A program made the position numbers and the translations under genes. A stretch of DNA of 62,854 nt, from positions 1 to 62,854 of the forward strand of contig CALCSS010000024.1 of NCBI GenBank assembly GCA_937893835.1. Reading direction: 5' to 3'. Position 1 is the first letter of the stretch, and each line of letters begins with the position of its first letter. The notes beneath the pieces are model-generated. The model was not told the DNA's origin and made no database searches. It was given only the letters and a program-made list of their open reading frames with translations. Shown here piece after piece: positions 46,007 to 52,795 of the stretch. This stretch comes from an uncultured Fidelibacterota bacterium. GTDB taxonomy: Bacteria > Fidelibacterota > Marinisomatia > Marinisomatales > UBA1611.

Positions 46007-48238
46007 ATGAAGTACATAATAAAACAAATATTTTACACTTTTCTCTTTACTACATGTTTGTCAGCTCAATGGTCAACTGACTCCTCTTCACCTCAGTTTC
46101 TTGGGAGTGGTGTCCAACCCCAAATAGCATCGACATCAGATGGCGGCACTTACATTACATGGATCACCGATGGTAGTTATCATGTGTATATCCAACGAAT
46201 GGATGAATTGGGAGTAGCCCAGTTTGGTGATGCGGGGCTTTTGGTCAGCGATAATGATAATGCATCTTGGATCGCGGTCTACCATCTTAATATTGCAATC
46301 GATGAAAATGATAATGCTATCATATCGACCGTTGACCAAAGAACCGGAAATTGGGAGGTCTATGCATGGAAGGTATCCCCAGAGGGTCTTATGTTGTGGG
46401 GCGAGGATGGGATCACGATCACGAATTCTAGTACAAGCAATATGTCTCCAAGGCTTACGATCCTTGAAGATAATAGTTTGATAATTACATGTAGTCATAA
46501 TGATGGTGAAATTCTATTCCAACATGTGTCATCCGAGGGAGACTTGTTATGGGGTGATGGTATAATAAAGCAGGATGACACTAGAAATCTTGTCTCTCCT
46601 CAGTCCATTGTTGATGAGAATGGCGATATTGTCTTCCAATGGTTAAGACAATCCTCTGGATGGCCAATCTATAGTGAAATCTTTGTCCAAAAATATGATC
46701 TGAATGGTGAACCGCTATGGGCAGAACCTATTTTGATCGTGGGACCAACTTCGTTTCCAATGGGAAATTGGTCACAACAATTACTTTCTGCTCCTGATGG
46801 AGGAAGTTTTATTTCATGGACAGAAATGTCAGGCAATGTACAAACTGCAATAGTTGAATCGATTACGGATGAGGGCTCAACACTTTGGAATGGCGGAATG
46901 GAACTCTCCGCAAACTCGAATAATTTTAGGATGTCACCAATGCTGGTAATTTCTGATGATTCTTACGAGATGATGGCTGTTTGGAGAGAGGCAAATGGTA
47001 GCCAGTCCCAGCGAGGAATATTTGCGCAGCGTGTAGATAGTACTGGAAACAGACTGTGGGGAGAAAATGGTGTGGCTGTTGTAGACATGAATGGTAGTTA
47101 TGACTATCTAGATGTCTCAGTATCAGAATTTGATGATGAGATCATTGTTACTTATTTAGAGCAAAGTTCTAATATGAATGGCGATGTTTTCTCTAAAAGA
47201 TTGGATTCATTGGGCAATGGGACATGGGAAGATGGAACGGTGGTCATAACCAGTTCAAATGATCCAAAATCAGACCTGAAGGCCGAAAAAGGATCGAATT
47301 GTTTATTTATCTCTTGGTCAGAGAATGGATCGATATTTGCTCATTGTTTGAGGGATGATGGTAGCCTGGGCCCTCCTGATATAATCCCATCAGTGGATTG
47401 CGACAGTGGTTATGTTGAGATCGATGGATTATGTTTTTATGAGGATGACCTAGCTGTTCTACAAAATATGATCGATAATAGCTATGAAAGTGGGATCGAT
47501 CTGGGCTGTGAGGAAGGCGATGCTTACTGTGGATCACCTAATCCTTATATGGACGATCCAGACTCATGGTTCTGGAAGACCATTGATGGGGAAGAATATA
47601 ATTTTGCTGATGGAGATAGCATTGTAGAGCCTTTGGAATTAGGTGTTCAAGAATGGGTAGACGGGAGATTGACAAGTATCATGTGTGGTGCTTATATCTA
47701 TTGCCAATTATCGGGTCCAATACCATCAATCATCAATGAATTGACTGAAATAGACCAGTTTAGGTTTGAGGGTAATTATTTTTCTGATTATATACCGGAA
47801 ACCATATGTGAACTGAATATTGATTATGAAGATGATCTATCATTTGATATTTCTTGGAATTTATTGTGCCCACCCTATCCTACCTGTATTGAGGAAAATA
47901 TAGGAGAGCAGGATATTTCAGACTGTGAGCAAGTTTCTACGATCGATGGGACAATACCCAATCCCTTTGAGTTAGATAATGCCTATCCCAATCCCTTTAA
48001 CCCTATGACAAGATTGGGATATTATCTTCCAAAGGAATCTTTTGTTGAAATAACAATTTATGATATGTTAGGCAATTCAATAAGTCATTTGGTAAATGAA
48101 AAACAAACATTTGGTCATAGATCAGTGGATTGGAATGCTAAAAATGATCAGGGTCAACCAGTATCAGCAGGAGTTTACTTATATAGAATTCAAGCAGGTG
48201 ACTTTATCCAAACAAAAAAGATGATACTCTTAAAATAG
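46007..48238 (+). CDS. T9SS-sorted protein: seven-repeat propeller-like N-terminal region + Cys-rich LRR-like region + CTD
   Basis: About seven repeats carrying 'G..LWG..G(I/V)', e.g. 'EGLMLWGEDGITI', 'EGDLLWGDGII', 'NGEPLWAEPILI', 'TGNRLWGENGVAV'. 'IPETICEL...NLLCPPYPTC'. CTD at 47981-48238. Confidence 0.7.
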   Translation: MKYIIKQIFYTFLFTTCLSAQWSTDSSSPQFLGSGVQPQIASTSDGGTYITWITDGSYHVYIQRMDELGVAQFGDAGLLVSDNDNASWIAVYHLNIAIDENDNAIISTVDQRTGNWEVYAWKVSPEGLMLWGEDGITITNSSTSNMSPRLTILEDNSLIITCSHNDGEILFQHVSSEGDLLWGDGIIKQDDTRNLVSPQSIVDENGDIVFQWLRQSSGWPIYSEIFVQKYDLNGEPLWAEPILIVGPTSFPMGNWSQQLLSAPDGGSFISWTEMSGNVQTAIVESITDEGSTLWNGGMELSANSNNFRMSPMLVISDDSYEMMAVWREANGSQSQRGIFAQRVDSTGNRLWGENGVAVVDMNGSYDYLDVSVSEFDDEIIVTYLEQSSNMNGDVFSKRLDSLGNGTWEDGTVVITSSNDPKSDLKAEKGSNCLFISWSENGSIFAHCLRDDGSLGPPDIIPSVDCDSGYVEIDGLCFYEDDLAVLQNMIDNSYESGIDLGCEEGDAYCGSPNPYMDDPDSWFWKTIDGEEYNFADGDSIVEPLELGVQEWVDGRLTSIMCGAYIYCQLSGPIPSIINELTEIDQFRFEGNYFSDYIPETICELNIDYEDDLSFDISWNLLCPPYPTCIEENIGEQDISDCEQVSTIDGTIPNPFELDNAYPNPFNPMTRLGYYLPKESFVEITIYDMLGNSISHLVNEKQTFGHRSVDWNAKNDQGQPVSAGVYLYRIQAGDFIQTKKMILLK

Positions 48239-48292
48239 GTTAACACCCAATCGACTCCCTGCTATTTTTAATTAGAAGAATCTGCTAGAGTC

Positions 48293-49597
48293 TCATAATC
48301 CAATGATCATCTCAGCCAAAGTATCTATGTCACTATGATCAATGTTTCTGTCTCTATTTACATCAAATCTGTAAAGGTGATAAATGTCTAGGTTAGACCC
48401 TTCTTCAGCAAAGTGGTCAGCTATGATGCTTAGATCAATAATATCAACCTTATCATCCAGATTTGTATCACCAAGAATTAAATTTGTATCGAATTGCCAT
48501 TCATGCTTTGTGACCCTATAGCAATAGACAGGGTCTGTATATTTTAAGTCTAGAACGATATTCTTATCCTGATCCACTTCTGTGACCACCCCGATTTGCT
48601 CCTCTAATCTTCCCCAATTGATTAGAGTATTGTTGTTCGGCAATCTTTGAGCACTTCCCATTGCAAGCCCAACATAACCTTCGGGATGTGAGAAGTCCCA
48701 AACCAGATTTGCAGTCATATTAGTTTCATCCAACTCATATTCTACAGCTCTAGATATTGGTGGTTCGTGGTCATTCCCATTATCGAAAAGTAATAGATTT
48801 CCATTCTCCAGTCTTCTTACATCATGTTGTCTACTGAACCCATTATAATCATCATTTATAATGGTAAACTGATTATTTGCTCCACCCAATATCCAAATGA
48901 CCTGGCCGTTGTCTCGATCTAATTTAATTACCTCACTGCTTATCCTATTTGATATGATTATATTGGAATCCTCATCAATCTCTATGCTATTACCATGCAT
49001 CCACATAATGAAACCTGCTGACAGGTTAATATAATTGTAGTTGGTAATATTCAAATGGTCCCACGCATTCCATTCAAAGATCAGATTCTTATCTGAATCA
49101 AATTCTTGAATGATGAGGGTTACGACCGTTGCATTGGTATTGCCACCTGGGTCAATTGTGCTTAGATCGACCGATATTGAATCATATGCTTGTATTAAGT
49201 ATCCACCATTCTGTAAGAGTTGTATGTCATGAAAGTCTGTATAATACCCGTTAGCACATGTCAGTGTGTCAATCTCGGTCATATATTCGTTCATTATTAT
49301 CCATGCATTATTCTCATGGTCAAAATAAGATATTCTATCTTGTTGAACCTTGAGGTCAAGTCCCAAGGGTCCTGAATTCACTACCCAGACCGCATCCAAC
49401 ATCGAATCAATAATTGCCATATATCTTGGCATTGTACCTGTAGTTGGAGAGAGATGAGCCAGATTATGTATGAATATGTTTGCTGGATAGGGATCATTAT
49501 TCACAATGATCTCGAAGTCCAAATAGTTCACCTCTTGTGATAATACTAAACAAGTAGAAACAAAAAAAGTTATAATGATGTGTTTTACAAGATTCAT
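48293..49597 (-). CDS. arylsulfotransferase (ASST)-like beta-propeller protein with dockerin-like C-terminus
   Basis: 'FSRQHDVRRLENGNLLLFDNGN' and 'ISNRISSEVIKLDRDNGQVIW' are typical of the ASST fold. Dockerin-like 'GDTNLDDKVDIIDLSII...FDVNRDRNIDHSDIDTLAEMI'. Confidence 0.65.
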   Translation of the reverse strand: MNLVKHIIITFFVSTCLVLSQEVNYLDFEIIVNNDPYPANIFIHNLAHLSPTTGTMPRYMAIIDSMLDAVWVVNSGPLGLDLKVQQDRISYFDHENNAWIIMNEYMTEIDTLTCANGYYTDFHDIQLLQNGGYLIQAYDSISVDLSTIDPGGNTNATVVTLIIQEFDSDKNLIFEWNAWDHLNITNYNYINLSAGFIMWMHGNSIEIDEDSNIIISNRISSEVIKLDRDNGQVIWILGGANNQFTIINDDYNGFSRQHDVRRLENGNLLLFDNGNDHEPPISRAVEYELDETNMTANLVWDFSHPEGYVGLAMGSAQRLPNNNTLINWGRLEEQIGVVTEVDQDKNIVLDLKYTDPVYCYRVTKHEWQFDTNLILGDTNLDDKVDIIDLSIIADHFAEEGSNLDIYHLYRFDVNRDRNIDHSDIDTLAEMIIGL

Positions 49598-49715
49598 AAG
49601 GATTTACATATCCAAATAAGAAAAAAAATATGACATTCACCAGAAATTTCTTCATGTTTATATTTATACGACCATATTAATATCCTACTATGATAAGAAA
49701 ACCCGATACTCGATC

Positions 49716-51770
49716 ATGAAGAAAGGGATCCTTCTGCTATTGCCTATCTTATGCATAGCAAAAAATCTTTCTCTTGAACATCGAATCAATCCACCTAATA
49801 GAGAGTTGATGGACGTAGAGATAGTTAATGACATTATGATCATACCAGGTAATTTGGATGGTTATGACTTCTACGATATCTCTGACCCTACCGATCCAAC
49901 CATAATTGCCAATCTTGAGATCCCAATGGGCAATGGCAATCGTTCTTTGCCAGGGATATGGGTATCAGCCACGGATAGCGTGGCCTATTTTACTTGCAGA
50001 ACAAAGCAAGAGGGCTCTGCCATCGTTGATTTTTCTGATCCAAATAATCCCGTCCATATTGGGGCACTTTCCCTAAGTGGAACAGATATGAATGACCCTT
50101 CCTTTGAGGGCTCTGATATTAGTGGCAACCTATTGGCCGTTGCCATGCACGAGGATGGTGTCATATTCTATGATATATCAGATCCATTAGAACCTGATCT
50201 TATCTTGCAAAGACCATGTGAAAATGCTTGGACCGTTGCCTTTATTGATTCAAATCATTATGTGATAGGAAATGGTGATCACGGAATCATTATTGAAGAA
50301 TTTTATTGTCTAGAAGATACTTGTGAAAGTAGTTCCTTTCCAACGGAGGGTGCGGTCAAGGATCTGGCAATAAAAGATCATTTGCTTTTTGTGGCTGAAG
50401 GTTCTGATGGAATCTCAATTTACGATATCTTAGATATTGATCAACCGATTCTGTTAGACCGATATGATACTCCAGGACTATCAAACAAGATTGCTTTGTT
50501 TGGTACGAATAAGATTGCTGTATCCGATTGGTTGGATGTCAAGATCCTTGAGTGGACAGGTACTGGATTGGAACTGGTCGGTTACAAAAGTACGGGCAAA
50601 CGTACAATGGCAATTGGTGCAAGGGACAGTATAATATATTCTGCTGAGTGGCAGCATCTACAAACATTTTCATTTGGTGATATTCAAGAAGGAGACTTGG
50701 ACGTGGGTTCCTGGGACATATCCTATCCCAATCTTGAGATTGGTCAGAGTGATACATTTGATCTTTTGTTTGAGAATAATGGTCAATCACCACTTGGACT
50801 CTATCCACCTTTTATCAATCATGCTGATTTTCAATCAATTAATTTTCCAGAGTATCTTGGTCCTGGAGATACTAGTATTGCCCAGGTCATTTATAACAGG
50901 TCGAGCCAAAATGCATCAGGGGTGATGCAGATCACATCAAGTGACCCGGATGAATCACAAATCGATATTCTTTTAGTAGGGAACTATGAGGGGGGAATTG
51001 TAGGCTTGCCCGCACCTGCGTTTACCTTGCCTATTGCTGCGAATGGATCTGGAGATTTTCTCCTAAGTGACTATTTAGGTCAGGTAGTGGTGGTAGCATT
51101 CTTTGCCCCTGGATGACCTGTTTGCATTCCGGAGTTATCGGATCTAGAAACATCCATTTGGCAGACCTATCCTCAGGATAGCGTAATGCTTGTGGGAATC
51201 ACATCTGTGAGCCAAAACCAGATAGAGCAATTCATTGAGGAAACGGGGGTCACATATCCAATTCTACAAGATGAATCTAGCAGCGGTCTTGGAGGCTTTG
51301 GTGGTGTGGTCTATGATGACTATTACATTCCTAATCAGGGATCTCCCTATCCTAGGGATTTCATTATCGATCAAAATGGAATATTGGTATATGCCAATAA
51401 TGAGGTGGACACTGATTATATGCTTTTTATCATAAATGAGCTTCTTACAGAGGAAGATATTGTTGGCGTTCAAAATGATGCGTATCCAATTAATGGGTTC
51501 AATTTCCTTTCAGTATATCCCAATCCATTTAATCCTATCACTACGATTAGATATGATTTACATAAAGATGATTTTGTAACTATCACGGTCTATGATATGC
51601 TTGGTAATATTGTTAGTACTCTCGTAAACCAGAATCAAAATTCAGGTTATAGGACAGTACAATGGAATGCTACAAATGATCAAGGACAATTAGTCTCTGC
51701 CGGAGTATATCTATATAGCATAGAAGTGGAAGAGTTCAGGCAGACCAAGAAAATGATACTCCTTAAATAG
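49716..51770 (+). CDS. candidate selenoprotein: LVIVD-repeat beta-propeller + Ig-like domain + TlpA/ResA-type thioredoxin domain with U-x-x-C + T9SS CTD
   Basis: Track ORFs 49716-51116 and 51186-51770 are in the same frame, separated only by TGA 51114-51116 and 23 open codons. Thioredoxin block 'FLLSDYLGQVVVVAFFAPG-U-PVC-IPELSDLE...VTYPILQDE...PRDFIIDQNGILVY'. LVIVD-type 'YDFYDISDPTDPTIIANL'. CTD at 51513-51770. Confidence 0.75.
51114..51116 (+). other. in-frame TGA, candidate selenocysteine codon (FFAPG-U-PVC-IPEL)
   Basis: Occupies the first-Cys position of the WCxxC block of TlpA/AhpC-TSA-type thioredoxin folds. Confidence 0.7.
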
Positions 51771-51893
51771 GCATAAAATATTAGATATCAAGTTCTTAAC
51801 CTTTGGATAAAAAGTGAATAGAAAAAACTGGAATCTCGTCAATTAGCCCTCTTTAACTAATTTTTTATTAAAGTTTTCTATTTAATATATGAT

Positions 51894-52214
51894 ATGAGAA
51901 GGATGCTAAAAACGTTCATTACATTTGGATTATCAATCCTATTCTTATCAGTAACATTACATATTGATCTGCATCATCATGAACATTACGATGGATACAG
52001 CATATGTGATATTGATTGTGATGATGAAAAACATCATTCTATAGATCACAAATGTGAAAAATGTCTTAATAAGACCAATAGACTGATTGGTCAAGAATGT
52101 ATTGATTCTTCATTAGATGAGTATGGAGCATCACTTCATTTTTTAAATGAAAGTTTTAATAGTAGCCATAAATTTTATGGCGCATATGGTCGTCCTCCCC
52201 CAAGACTCCTTTAG
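51894..52214 (+). CDS. small His/Cys-rich membrane-anchored protein (putative metal-binding)
   Basis: N-terminal hydrophobic helix, then 'HIDLHHHEHYDGYSICDIDCDDEKHHSIDHKCEKC'. Confidence 0.45.
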   Translation: MRRMLKTFITFGLSILFLSVTLHIDLHHHEHYDGYSICDIDCDDEKHHSIDHKCEKCLNKTNRLIGQECIDSSLDEYGASLHFLNESFNSSHKFYGAYGRPPPRLL

Positions 52215-52234
52215 TTAAAAACACTATTTTAATC

Positions 52235-52264
52235 ACATCACTTATGAAAAATTTTCAGTGATGT
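52235..52264. promoter_or_regulatory. inverted repeat ACATCACT-N14-AGTGATGT between the two His-rich genes
   Basis: 8-bp perfect arms. The loop contains the GAAAAATTTTC sub-palindrome. Lies 34 nt upstream of the 52298 start. The stem length alone is near chance level. Confidence 0.3.
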
Positions 52265-52297
52265 TCAACTAGTAGATAATTTTTTAAGGAGCATTTT

Positions 52298-52795
52298 ATG
52301 CAATTTTTATTTTTACACCCTATCAGGGTGCGCGTAGTTTTTTTATTAACTAGCATGATATTATTTACAATCAGCTGTGAAGACGATGACCACGATCATG
52401 ACGAAGAACATATAGATGCAGATGGTTTTGTTTTAGAAGATGAAAGTGGAACTGAGGTTTATAGAGAGTTTGAAGGAGCAATGACCGGAACAGTTACATT
52501 GACAGTTGGTGATACTCTTGAACTTACCGTGCACTTCCTTGACCATGAAGCAAATGAGATTGAGCATGAAGAAGAAGAACATGAAGATGAGTTAAAAGTC
52601 TCTGAAAACGATGCCAACATTGCAGTGGTAGAAGTTGAATCCCATGAAGATGGTGAAGAAGATGAAGAACACCATGAGATGGCACTTCATGTAATTGGAG
52701 TCAGCACAGGAACAACGAGCTTTAAGCTTCAATTGATGCATGAGGATCACGCGGACTATACATCAACAAACAACGTTCCGGTAACGATAAATTAA
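52298..52795 (+). CDS. His/Asp/Glu-rich lipoprotein (putative periplasmic or surface metal-binding protein)
   Basis: AAGGAG RBS. Lipobox 'FTISC'. 'DDDHDHDEEHID', 'HFLDHEANEIEHEEEEHEDE', 'ESHEDGEEDEEHHEMALH', 'LMHEDHADY'. Confidence 0.6.
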   Translation: MQFLFLHPIRVRVVFLLTSMILFTISCEDDDHDHDEEHIDADGFVLEDESGTEVYREFEGAMTGTVTLTVGDTLELTVHFLDHEANEIEHEEEEHEDELKVSENDANIAVVEVESHEDGEEDEEHHEMALHVIGVSTGTTSFKLQLMHEDHADYTSTNNVPVTIN

